Shown here: positions 39,075 to 48,052 of the stretch, piece by piece | Numbering within the stretch: the stretch's first letter is position 1 | How the letters are laid out: each line of letters begins with the position of its first letter | Assembly (NCBI GenBank): GCA_009778655.1 | Contig: WRFZ01000180.1 | Location: 7,495-71,494 of the forward strand | Direction of reading: 5' to 3' | Origin: Candidatus Azobacteroides sp. | GTDB lineage: Bacteria; Bacteroidota; Bacteroidia; Bacteroidales; Azobacteroidaceae | Length of the DNA stretch: 64,000 nucleotides | Position numbers and translations under genes: made by a program | Notes under the pieces: generated by a model | Seen by the model: the letters and a program-made list of their open reading frames with translations, nothing else | Databases searched by the model: none | Told to the model about the DNA's origin: nothing

Positions 39075-39660
39075 GGCTCACTTGATTTTCGGGTATTTCT
39101 TTTTCGGATATCCGGAGCGGATACATTTCCCGTATCCCGGCTTGTTGCTCTTCGGACAAATCCGAAAACGGTTTGCTGAATTTTCCGAACGCCGATTCTT
39201 TTCGTAATTCATCGTAAGCGGCGGTTAATTCGCTCAAAACGGAAATATAAGTTTGGTAGTTGGATTTCCGACTAAATTCGAGATTAATAACCGCATCGCG
39301 CGAGACAAGCGTCGTACCCAAACCCGGAATGTCAAGCGCCGTTTTCCGAGGTAAAAAATCTTTATTATCCGGATTATCAATAAATACTTTAGCAATTTTC
39401 CGAATTTCCGATATTGATACCGGTTCTTCTTTCAGATAAACCGTATTATCTTCTTGAATCGTTACGGTAAGCATATTCCGTTCTTCGATCGGATTTTTCT
39501 TTTTAATTGCCGTTTCGGAAACCGGAGGAGCCAAACGTCTGTATATTCCGCTTTTGGAATCCAAAGAACCGGAAAGCAAGAAAAAAAGCAACAAAATAAA
39601 CGCAACATCGGCAGAAGATGTCGAGCTTAATTGAGGAACTTCTCTTTTGAAACGCGCCAT
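39067..39660 (-). CDS. exbD: ExbD/TolR-family protein
   Basis: SSADVAFILLLFFL and YPLRISE; start set to ATG 39660. Confidence 0.88.
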   Translation of the reverse strand: MARFKREVPQLSSTSSADVAFILLLFFLLSGSLDSKSGIYRRLAPPVSETAIKKKNPIEERNMLTVTIQEDNTVYLKEEPVSISEIRKIAKVFIDNPDNKDFLPRKTALDIPGLGTTLVSRDAVINLEFSRKSNYQTYISVLSELTAAYDELRKESAFGKFSKPFSDLSEEQQAGIREMYPLRISEKEIPENQVSHE

Positions 39661-39661
39661 A

Positions 39662-40138
39662 TCAGTTGACCTTTTTAAAGTAACTCCATATAATTCCTCC
39701 CAATAAAGCAAAAAAAGCGAGGCCGAGTAATATATATATGGAGTAAAGCCACATATCGGTTAATTTCAGCCACAGATAGGTATTTTCATTTCCTTTATAT
39801 CCGACAAGCGGAAGCGGATTTCCGTTTCCCGATACCCAAGCAATCAACAATAAAAATCCTCCTGCTGGTGCAACGGCCGCGGAACGTCTTATCTTTTTGG
39901 GATTTTCATGCCACCGGCGAATAAAATAAAAAAAAGAAAAAATCAAACCGGTACAAACAGTGATAATAAACAATATGAAAAGCCAATAGAGAAGCGCAGA
40001 GATTTCAGTTGATTCCGTATCCGGATCCGGAGTTTGCGTAAAACAGACGCTATAAAACCATACGGCTAAAATCAAGGAAATAAGGGTGCAAAGCCATAGA
40101 ACGCCGGTAGAAATCCGATGGAAAGAAGAGCGTTTCAT
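39662..40138 (-). CDS. 4-TM membrane protein of the exbB-exbD locus
   Basis: Hydrophobic helices and WLKLTDMWLYSIY; sits between exbB and exbD. Confidence 0.8.
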   Translation of the reverse strand: MKRSSFHRISTGVLWLCTLISLILAVWFYSVCFTQTPDPDTESTEISALLYWLFILFIITVCTGLIFSFFYFIRRWHENPKKIRRSAAVAPAGGFLLLIAWVSGNGNPLPLVGYKGNENTYLWLKLTDMWLYSIYILLGLAFFALLGGIIWSYFKKVN

Positions 40139-40896
40139 TTTGTTGAATGGCGTTTGAATTGCGTAATTAAATCCAATATGGAAATGGCATCATCTTCCAT
40201 ATCATTAACAATACCTTCAATTTTTGTAAGAATATAATTATAAAAAAGTTGAAGGATAATAGCGACAATCAATCCGCCGACGGTTGTAATCAAAGCGACT
40301 TTCATCCCTCCCGCGATAATACCCGGACTAATATCTCCGTATTGTTGGATATTGTCAAACGCTTGAACCATACCGATTACCGTTCCCAGAAAGCCGAGAG
40401 AAGGCGCTACGGCAATGAACAAAGAAATCCATGAAAGATTTTTTTCCAATAATCCGGTCTGAACGTTTCCGGTAGCTGTTATGGATTTATCAATCTCATC
40501 AATCGTCCCTTGAATCCGGGACAATGCCTGATAACAGATCGAAGCGACCGGTCCCCGCGTATCGCGAGCAACCGCTTTAGCTCCTTCTACATTATTTTCT
40601 TCCAATTGCTTTTCAATTTCCTTCAAGAATTTTTTAGTATTTATCTGAGCTAAATTCAAATAGATGATTCGTTCCAAACAAAAACTCAAGCCGATAATTA
40701 ATGAAAGCGCAATCGTACTCATAAAAAGTGCGGAGCCTTCAATAAATTTGGTTTTGATAAATTGATGCAAACCTCCTTCGATAGCAGAATCCGGAGTTTC
40801 GATAGTACCGGGAATAGAATCTTGTCCGAGCAAATCGCCGGAAAGAACGGATGCCAAGATACAAAACAACAACACACTGATTAAGAACCGTTTCAT
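40135..40896 (-). CDS. exbB: ExbB/MotA/TolQ proton-channel protein
   Basis: APSLGFLGTVIGMVQAF and GMKVALITTVGGL; TACCTTTG promoter at 40923-40930. Confidence 0.93.
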   Translation of the reverse strand: MKRFLISVLLFCILASVLSGDLLGQDSIPGTIETPDSAIEGGLHQFIKTKFIEGSALFMSTIALSLIIGLSFCLERIIYLNLAQINTKKFLKEIEKQLEENNVEGAKAVARDTRGPVASICYQALSRIQGTIDEIDKSITATGNVQTGLLEKNLSWISLFIAVAPSLGFLGTVIGMVQAFDNIQQYGDISPGIIAGGMKVALITTVGGLIVAIILQLFYNYILTKIEGIVNDMEDDAISILDLITQFKRHSTK

Positions 40897-40960
40897 TGTA
40901 ATAAACACAAATTTTATTCCGACAAAGGTAAATAAAATTACTTGAACTTTATACTTTATA

Positions 40961-41002
40961 AATTATGAATTATAAATTATGAATTATGAATTATGAATTA
41001 TG
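40961..41002. repeat. Heptamer tandem array (AATTATR)x6
   Basis: AATTATG AATTATA AATTATG AATTATG AATTATG AATTATG. Confidence 0.92.
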
Positions 41003-41043
41003 AATTTGTCATTCAAATTCAACCGAACAAATAAAAATCGCAA

Positions 41044-41805
41044 TCAGCGTGCTACGTACACTTTTGTCGCATAACGAAAAGTAAGGATATTGTTGGTTTG
41101 ATATTTGTTAAACAATTTTTTTAAGTCGGCAATCAAGGGTATTGAACGAGGGTCGTCCTCATCCGGGATATAGGAAGAAGAAAACAGCCTTCCTTTCATT
41201 CCCTCGAAATCAAACACTTGACGATTGGAAAATACTTTCAATTCAACGGGATTCGGAGAGAAAAAATCCCGAATGGTTTTTTCATCAATCTTGCGATGAT
41301 CCACTTTTACATAATCAATGCTGTGTTTTACAATCAGTTCGTCATATTCCCGTTCAAATTCGGATTCGGCAAGTCTTTCGTTCCACATCAACACAACAAG
41401 CCCTTCGGGCTTTAATATGCGTTTAAATTCTTTTTTGCACGCCGCTTTGTCAAACCAATGGAATGCCTGCCCCGCAACAATCGCGTCTATCGAATGGGCA
41501 TCTAATTGTGTATTTTCCGCTGTGGCGTCAATAACGCTGAATTTCTCATAACCGCCCAACAATTCAACGGATTTTTCGCGCATTTCTTTATTCGGCTCTA
41601 TACCGATAACGCGATAATTTTTATTCAAAAACAATTGACTCGAAATACCTGTTCCCGAACCGATATCCGCAATGATTTTGTCGGTGGAAAGTCGGTAAGT
41701 ATTCTGCAAAAAATCAATGATTTCTATCGGATAGTCCGGGCGGTATTTCACATAATTATCCACCTTGCTGCTGAACCGTTTTGTATTATCAAGCGACGTT
41801 TTCAT
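41044..41805 (-). CDS. Class I SAM-dependent methyltransferase
   Basis: Y.KYRP.YP, ADIGSGTG, EPN.EM, QAFHWF and RILKP.G. Confidence 0.92.
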   Translation of the reverse strand: MKTSLDNTKRFSSKVDNYVKYRPDYPIEIIDFLQNTYRLSTDKIIADIGSGTGISSQLFLNKNYRVIGIEPNKEMREKSVELLGGYEKFSVIDATAENTQLDAHSIDAIVAGQAFHWFDKAACKKEFKRILKPEGLVVLMWNERLAESEFEREYDELIVKHSIDYVKVDHRKIDEKTIRDFFSPNPVELKVFSNRQVFDFEGMKGRLFSSSYIPDEDDPRSIPLIADLKKLFNKYQTNNILTFRYATKVYVAR

Positions 41806-41975
41806 AAGATTAAAATCAATTTTGTTTTTTAAATAAAAAAGAATCTCTTACGGCAAAGGTAGTCATTTTTTTGAGGATTAATCCAAAACAGATGTCTTGC
41901 GTAAAAAATATTACAATGAAAAATAATTCTGCATTTTTTGTAGAAGCGAAAAATAGTAATTACCTTTGCAGGATT

Positions 41976-42125
41976 ATGGAAATGCAGATGAAACTAAAGT
42001 TTAACAAAAAATGCGCTCACCCTATTCATCCGGGTGAAGTTTTGAAAGACGAAATCGAATATTGCGGCATGTCGCAAAGCAAGCTTGCCGCGCAAATGGG
42101 AATGTCATACAATCAAATATTTTGA
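41976..42125 (+). pseudogene. Truncated HigA-type antitoxin (49 aa), no toxin
   Basis: HPIHPGEVLKDEIE..GMSQSKLAAQMGMS, then a stop in the middle of the HTH; TACCTTTG promoter at 41961. Confidence 0.8.
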
Positions 42126-42129
42126 AAAA

Positions 42130-43440
42130 ATGAAAGTTTTAAAATTCGGAGGAACTTCCCTCGGTTCGGCTGCCAAGATAAAAGAAGCGGTCGCTTTAAT
42201 TCAAAAAGAAAGCAAGAGTATTATCGTTCTGTCGGCTTTTGAAGGGATGACTGACGCTTTGATTGAAATTGCCGACTGTCTTTATAAAAAAAATCCCGAC
42301 GGAGCCAATGAGATTATTGATCGCTTGGAGAAAAAGCATCTCGAACTTTTTTCCAAACTTTACGTAACTCAAGAATATAAGTGTTTGGCTGAAGAGTTAT
42401 TGGAAAAACACTTCGATACCATCCGATCGTTTACTAAAGATTTATTTACCGGATTTGAAGAAAAGACGATTTTGGCGCATGGAGAGTTAATTTCATCTGC
42501 ATTAATACATTTGATGCTAAAGGAACGGCAAGTGAATGCCGCCCTCATCCCGGCGTTGGATTTTATGCGTACCGATAAAAATTCGGAACCCGATCCGGTT
42601 TATATCAAGGAACGATTGCATAGACAATTAGACAAGTATCCCGATACCGATATTTATATTACGCAAGGCTATATTTGTCGAAACGCTTACGGAGAAATAG
42701 ATAATCTGGAACGAGGCGGAAGCGATTTTACCGCTTCATTGATCGGAGCGGCAGTCCACGCCGAAGAAATTCAGATATGGACCGATACCGACGGAATGCA
42801 AAATAACGATCCGCGCTATGTTAAACAGACATTCCCCGTCCGTCATCTTCAATTTGAAGAAGCGGCGGAATTGGCGTATTTCGGAGCCAGAATCCTGCAC
42901 CCGACCTGTATTTTGCCGGCGAGATTGAATAATATCCCGGTTCGTCTTCTAAACACTTTGCATCCGGATGCTCCGGGTACATTAATATCCAATCAAATGG
43001 AAAAAGGTAAAATCAAATCGGTAGCAGCCAAAGACGGAATTACGGCTATTAAAATTAAATCGGGACAAATGCTTTTGGCATACGGTTTCCTGCGTAAAGT
43101 TTTCGAAATTTTCGAAAATTATCAAACGCCGATTGACATGGTTGTTACCTCCGAAGTGGGCGTTTCGGTTACCATTGACCAGATGAAACATCTTACCGAA
43201 ATACTCGACGATTTGAAGAAATACGGAACGGTTTCCATAGATCAAGATATGACAATCATTTGTGTGGTAGGAGATTTGGATTGGGATAATTTAGGATTCG
43301 AATCCAAAGCGGTTCAAGCGTTAAAAGATATCCGGGTGCGTATGATTTCTTACGGAGGAAGCAGTTACAATATTTCGTTTCTTATTCAAACCAAAGATAA
43401 AGAACGAGCATTGCAAGCGCTAAGTGATCATCTGTTTTAA
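42130..43440 (+). CDS. lysC: Aspartate kinase
   Basis: MKVLKFGGTS, RGGSDFTA, EAAELAYFGA.ILHP and ACT domains; start set to ATG 42130. Confidence 0.96.
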   Translation: MKVLKFGGTSLGSAAKIKEAVALIQKESKSIIVLSAFEGMTDALIEIADCLYKKNPDGANEIIDRLEKKHLELFSKLYVTQEYKCLAEELLEKHFDTIRSFTKDLFTGFEEKTILAHGELISSALIHLMLKERQVNAALIPALDFMRTDKNSEPDPVYIKERLHRQLDKYPDTDIYITQGYICRNAYGEIDNLERGGSDFTASLIGAAVHAEEIQIWTDTDGMQNNDPRYVKQTFPVRHLQFEEAAELAYFGARILHPTCILPARLNNIPVRLLNTLHPDAPGTLISNQMEKGKIKSVAAKDGITAIKIKSGQMLLAYGFLRKVFEIFENYQTPIDMVVTSEVGVSVTIDQMKHLTEILDDLKKYGTVSIDQDMTIICVVGDLDWDNLGFESKAVQALKDIRVRMISYGGSSYNISFLIQTKDKERALQALSDHLF

Positions 43441-43469
43441 AATCCGAGAAAAATTCTTAATTTTGCAGA

Positions 43470-44624
43470 ATGAAACAAAAATTTCCCATGGATACTTTTC
43501 AATCGTTGACAACGCCGTTTTATTATTACGACGTCAACGTTTTGAATCATACCTTGCAGGCGCTTACCAAAGAAGCCGATAAATACAATTACCATATTCA
43601 TTATGCCGTTAAAGCGAACGCTAATCCGCGAATATTATCCATTATCCGGGAATATGGTTTGGGCGCCGATTGCGTCAGCGGTGGTGAAATTCAAGCGGCG
43701 TTGAATGCCGGATTTCCTGCGGATAAAATTGTATTTGCCGGCGTCGGAAAAGCGGATTGGGAAATTAATCTCGGATTGGATCATGCCATTTTTTGCTACA
43801 ATGCAGAATCCGTCCCGGAGCTGGAAGTCATCAACGAATTGGCAAAAAGCAAAGGAAAACGGGCGCAAGTGGCGCTTCGAATAAATCCGGAAGTTGATGC
43901 AAATACGCATCATCATATTACGACGGGTACTAAGGAAGATAAGTTCGGCATCAATCGGGAGCAATTGGGAAAAGTATTGGATAAATTAAATACGTTGGAA
44001 GCCGTTCGATTGATCGGAATACATTGTCACATCGGTTCGCAAATTCCGGATTTAAAGCCTTTTCAAAAACTTTGCAAGCGAATGATTGAAATTCAAGAAC
44101 AATTAGCCGAACGCGGAGTGAAAATCGAACACATTAATTTCGGCGGCGGATTGGGCATTGATTACGAACATCCGGATCAAAATCCGATTCCCGATTTCAA
44201 ATCTTATTTTGAACTGTTTCATACCTTCTTTCCGGCAGAGCCTTACCAACAAATCCGGTTCGAACCCGGAAGGTCAATTGTGGGACAATGCGGTTCGTTG
44301 ATTTCCAAAGTATTGTATGTCAAAGAAGGTACTTTTAAAAATTTTGTTGTCTTAGATGCCGGATTCACCGAATTGATCCGTCCCGCTTTGTACGGCGCTT
44401 ACCATCAAATAGAAAATCTTTCGTCCGACGCGCCGGAAGAAATTTACGACGTGGTAGGCCCGATTTGCGAATCGTCCGATTGCTTCGCAAAAGCCATTCG
44501 TTTAAACAAAACGAAACGCGGCGATTTATTCGCTTTGCGATCCGCCGGAGCATACGGTGAAGTGATGGCGTCGCAATACAATTGCCGTAAACTACCGAAC
44601 GCTTATTTTTCAGATTTACTGTAA
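43470..44624 (+). CDS. lysA: Diaminopimelate decarboxylase
   Basis: YAVKAN, HIGSQI, FGGGLG, EPGR, GPICESSD and AGAYG. Confidence 0.97.
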   Translation: MKQKFPMDTFQSLTTPFYYYDVNVLNHTLQALTKEADKYNYHIHYAVKANANPRILSIIREYGLGADCVSGGEIQAALNAGFPADKIVFAGVGKADWEINLGLDHAIFCYNAESVPELEVINELAKSKGKRAQVALRINPEVDANTHHHITTGTKEDKFGINREQLGKVLDKLNTLEAVRLIGIHCHIGSQIPDLKPFQKLCKRMIEIQEQLAERGVKIEHINFGGGLGIDYEHPDQNPIPDFKSYFELFHTFFPAEPYQQIRFEPGRSIVGQCGSLISKVLYVKEGTFKNFVVLDAGFTELIRPALYGAYHQIENLSSDAPEEIYDVVGPICESSDCFAKAIRLNKTKRGDLFALRSAGAYGEVMASQYNCRKLPNAYFSDLL

Positions 44625-44627
44625 ACT

Positions 44628-45806
44628 ATGATTTGGAATACATTTGAAATAGCGCTTTTTTTCGTATTGCTTTTTTGCTTTACGGCCCAATTGCTTTTCT
44701 ATTGGGTCGTGTTGGCAAAACCTTATTATTATATGCAATCTTCAATCAAAATGGAATTATCGGAACCGACCGAAGCGCCGCCGGTTTCCGTCATAATTTC
44801 CATAAAGAATTCGCAAGACGATTTATTTCGGTTTCTTCCCTATATTCTGGAACAAGAATATCCCGAATTTGAAGTGATCGTTGTAACCGACGGAATCTCG
44901 GATGCAGAAGAAGAAGCGTTAATACATCTGAAAAACCGGTATTCCAATTTATATTCTACTCATGTTCCGGAAAATACAAGAAATGTAAGTCGGATAAAAT
45001 TAGCGTTAACATTAGGTATCAAAGCTGCCAAATACGACAAGCTTTTGTTTACCGAATGCGACAGTTACATCCGAACAAAAGATTGGATTCATTTGATGAC
45101 TCGCCGGTTTTCGGACAGAAAAACCGTTGTTTTGGGTTTTTCCGCTTTAGACGAAGCAAGCGGTTTATCACGCAAGTATATGGCATACGATTATTTCTTT
45201 TCCAACCTCCAAATGATTTCACTCGCTTTGTTTAATCATCCCTATTCGGGAAACGGACGAAATATGGCCTATTCGAAAGAACATTTTATTGAACAAAAAG
45301 GATTTGTTAAGCATCGTGTTCTGCGACAAGGCGAAGATGATTTGTTTATTAATGACATCGCTACGGGAGAAAATACGGCGGTAGAACTTTCGGCTCAAAG
45401 TGTTACTCTTACGGAAATAAACGATTACAGAGATTGGATACGCCAAAAAACAGATCGAATGTTAACCAAGCGATTCTATAAGCGAGGACCGGTTGCTTTC
45501 TGGCGATTAGAAACCTTTTCACGCATCGGTTTTTTTACCGCTTTGATTATTTGTTTGATCTGCGGTTTACCATACACATCATTACCGGACTTCCTATTGC
45601 CCGGAATTGCTCTGTTTTGTTTTATCGTTCGTTTTTTTTCTCAATTGACTGTTATTAATAAAATAAACGAATATCTGGAGTTAAAAAAATCGTACTTGAC
45701 GATTCTTTTATATGATTTATTTCAACCGATTATCAACTTATATTTTTTCATACACTGCGTACTGAAAAAAAAGGAAAATTATACATACCGCTATGAGAAA
45801 CGATAG
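44628..45806 (+). CDS. Membrane GT2-family glycosyltransferase with divergent motifs
   Basis: PPVSVII, Q.YP.FEVIVV, K.ALTLGIKAA, GRNMAY and GEDDLF; flanking TM helices. Confidence 0.85.
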   Translation: MIWNTFEIALFFVLLFCFTAQLLFYWVVLAKPYYYMQSSIKMELSEPTEAPPVSVIISIKNSQDDLFRFLPYILEQEYPEFEVIVVTDGISDAEEEALIHLKNRYSNLYSTHVPENTRNVSRIKLALTLGIKAAKYDKLLFTECDSYIRTKDWIHLMTRRFSDRKTVVLGFSALDEASGLSRKYMAYDYFFSNLQMISLALFNHPYSGNGRNMAYSKEHFIEQKGFVKHRVLRQGEDDLFINDIATGENTAVELSAQSVTLTEINDYRDWIRQKTDRMLTKRFYKRGPVAFWRLETFSRIGFFTALIICLICGLPYTSLPDFLLPGIALFCFIVRFFSQLTVINKINEYLELKKSYLTILLYDLFQPIINLYFFIHCVLKKKENYTYRYEKR

Positions 45807-46509
45807 AAATGCATTAAGAGAATTGCAACATTCATTAGAGAACCTCAAAGGGAGCTTGCATGTCCTTGAAACCAACGTTCCGGTGGAAAAACAAATGGAA
45901 TATTTTCGCTTTTCGGAAGCGATCAAAAGTGATTTTTCCGACGATCAAAGCTTGGAAAAACAAATAAATATCTTGGCATCAACCGAAGCTTCTCCTCCGG
46001 AAATAAAATACGCGCTTGCTTATTTAGCAATCTCCGGTGATGTAAAAGCTTATCGGGCAATTGAAACCTATCACGAAAATCATTCCGATGATTGGTCTGC
46101 CATGTCTTATATTCAAGCGAAAATTACATTGGAATCCGAACTTTCCGATGAAAAACAAATTTTCATTTCCACCGGTTTGGGCGGCAAAGGCGATCTGCTC
46201 CGATTTTTTGCTTTTTTCAAATCCCAAGGAAAGAAAAACTTTTCCGATTATCAAAAAGAATTGATTGAGAAAGAAATACCTTATTATATTCAAAATCATC
46301 GAGGCGTTACGGAAGATATACGGATTCGGGATAATTATTTTACCTTATTGTTTTTAGTTCATATTCAAGTGGATATAAAAGCGATGCTGGAAGAAATCGT
46401 CAACGAATGCAATCAATACGGCGATTTTATTGATAAAGAATTTATTATTACCAATGTTAAAATATTCTCGGACGAAGAAATTCAAAACGAATTGTTGAGT
46501 AGGCAATGA
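45793..46509 (+). CDS. Hypothetical protein
   Basis: 238-aa ORF overlapping both neighbours; contains ISTGLGGKG and ECNQYGDF segments; no family recognised. Confidence 0.75.
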   Translation: MRNDRNALRELQHSLENLKGSLHVLETNVPVEKQMEYFRFSEAIKSDFSDDQSLEKQINILASTEASPPEIKYALAYLAISGDVKAYRAIETYHENHSDDWSAMSYIQAKITLESELSDEKQIFISTGLGGKGDLLRFFAFFKSQGKKNFSDYQKELIEKEIPYYIQNHRGVTEDIRIRDNYFTLLFLVHIQVDIKAMLEEIVNECNQYGDFIDKEFIITNVKIFSDEEIQNELLSRQ

Positions 46510-46961
46510 AGAAAACTTTTTGGCTTCAAGCGATTAAATACGGCATTGTAGGCGTAATAAACACTTTATTGACCATTGTAATCATCTGGATAATGATGTA
46601 TCCGGTATTCCAAGCCGGAAAGCAAGAAACCGTATCCCCGACGATTATCACCGTTTCCAATATCACCGGTTATACGATCGGATTAATCAACAGTTTTCTC
46701 TGGAATCGGAAATGGACTTTTCAAAGCAAAAATCATTGGGGAAAAGAATTTATCAAATTCACGGCGGCTTTTCTGATTTGTTATATTCCGCAATTGTTTC
46801 TCGTAAACATTTTAAATAAATATACGGCAGGCCCCGATCTTCGGTTTACCATCGGAAATCATCCTTTGGAAATCAGCTATGCTTATATTTGCCAATTGAT
46901 TGGAATGGTATTTTATACCACGTTGAATTTTCTGTTAAACAAATTTTATACATTTAAATAA
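46506..46961 (+). CDS. GtrA-family protein
   Basis: KYGIVGVINT, NSFLWNRKWTF and NFLLNKFYTF. Confidence 0.92.
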   Translation: MKKTFWLQAIKYGIVGVINTLLTIVIIWIMMYPVFQAGKQETVSPTIITVSNITGYTIGLINSFLWNRKWTFQSKNHWGKEFIKFTAAFLICYIPQLFLVNILNKYTAGPDLRFTIGNHPLEISYAYICQLIGMVFYTTLNFLLNKFYTFK

Positions 46962-46985
46962 GTTTCATCGTCAACCGAAAGAATA

Positions 46986-47918
46986 ATGAAAACATTGAGT
47001 GTAATAGTACCTTGTTTTAATGAAGAAGCGGTAATTGCCGTCACATATCAACGGATAAAGAAAGTATTGTCCGAATTGAACAATGTTTCCGGCCGGATTA
47101 TTTTCGTCAACGACGGAAGTAAAGACAAAACGCGCGAAATATTATCCGAAATAGCGGCGGAAGATCCGTCGGCGCAAGTAATTCATTTTTCCAGAAATTT
47201 CGGTCACCAAAAGGCGGTAACGGCAGGAATCAATTATTGTAAAAGCGACTTAGCAGTAATTATTGATGCCGATTTGCAAGATCCTCCCGAATTGATTCCC
47301 GAACTGTTAGCCAAACAAGAGGCTCAACAAGCGAATGTTGTATATTGCGTTCGCAAAAGCCGGGCCGGAGAAAGCAAATTCAAATTATGGTCTGCAAAAA
47401 CATTTTACCGCTCGCTTAATAAATTATCCGAAGTGCAATTTCCGTTGGATACCGGCGATTTTCGATTGATTGACGCTCGTGTCATGCGTGAATTTAACCG
47501 TTTCAAAGAAAAGGGCAAATACATACGGGGCATCATTTCGTGGATCGGATTTAAACAAGTTCCTTTTTATTATGAGCGGGAAGCTCGCTTGGCCGGCGAA
47601 ACCAAATATCCTTTGAAAAAGATGCTCGCATTCGCCTCAACCGCTTTATTATATTTTTCCAAGAAACCGCTGATGATGGTTGTCAGCTTGGGGTTTACGG
47701 TTGTAGCGTTCAGTATAATCATGGCGCTATGGTATGCGCTGGGAAAAATTTTCGGTTATACCAACGCCGAATCCGGATGGACGTCCATCATGATTATCGT
47801 TATCTTCTTCGGAGGAATCCAATTGCTTACCGTTGGGGTATTGGGACAATACATCGGTATTTTATTCGATGAAGTGAAAGAAAGACCGGAATATATTATT
47901 GACAAAATAGAGAATTAA
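46986..47918 (+). CDS. GT2 bactoprenol glycosyltransferase (GtrB/YkoT-like)
   Basis: VPCFNEE, VNDGSKD, SRNFGHQ, DADLQDPPE and TGDFRL; two C-terminal TM helices. Confidence 0.93.
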   Translation: MKTLSVIVPCFNEEAVIAVTYQRIKKVLSELNNVSGRIIFVNDGSKDKTREILSEIAAEDPSAQVIHFSRNFGHQKAVTAGINYCKSDLAVIIDADLQDPPELIPELLAKQEAQQANVVYCVRKSRAGESKFKLWSAKTFYRSLNKLSEVQFPLDTGDFRLIDARVMREFNRFKEKGKYIRGIISWIGFKQVPFYYEREARLAGETKYPLKKMLAFASTALLYFSKKPLMMVVSLGFTVVAFSIIMALWYALGKIFGYTNAESGWTSIMIIVIFFGGIQLLTVGVLGQYIGILFDEVKERPEYIIDKIEN

Positions 47919-48052
47919 CGAAATATTTTCCTTCATTCATAAATTTAGTTAATATTTAAAGGGATTTTATGGCCGAATTGCATAAAAAGTACTATCTTTG
48001 CACGCTTAAATAAGCAGATAGCTAATTAATGTCAAAATAAAGTATAAATCAA

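Noticed and set aside
38462-41002. CRISPR array
   Set aside because: The repeats are contiguous 7-mers with no spacers, and there are no cas genes
42085-42132. Programmed frameshift fusing the HigA fragment to LysC
   Set aside because: LysC has a canonical start (MKVLKFGG) and I see no stimulatory structure; the open upstream frame is short enough to be chance
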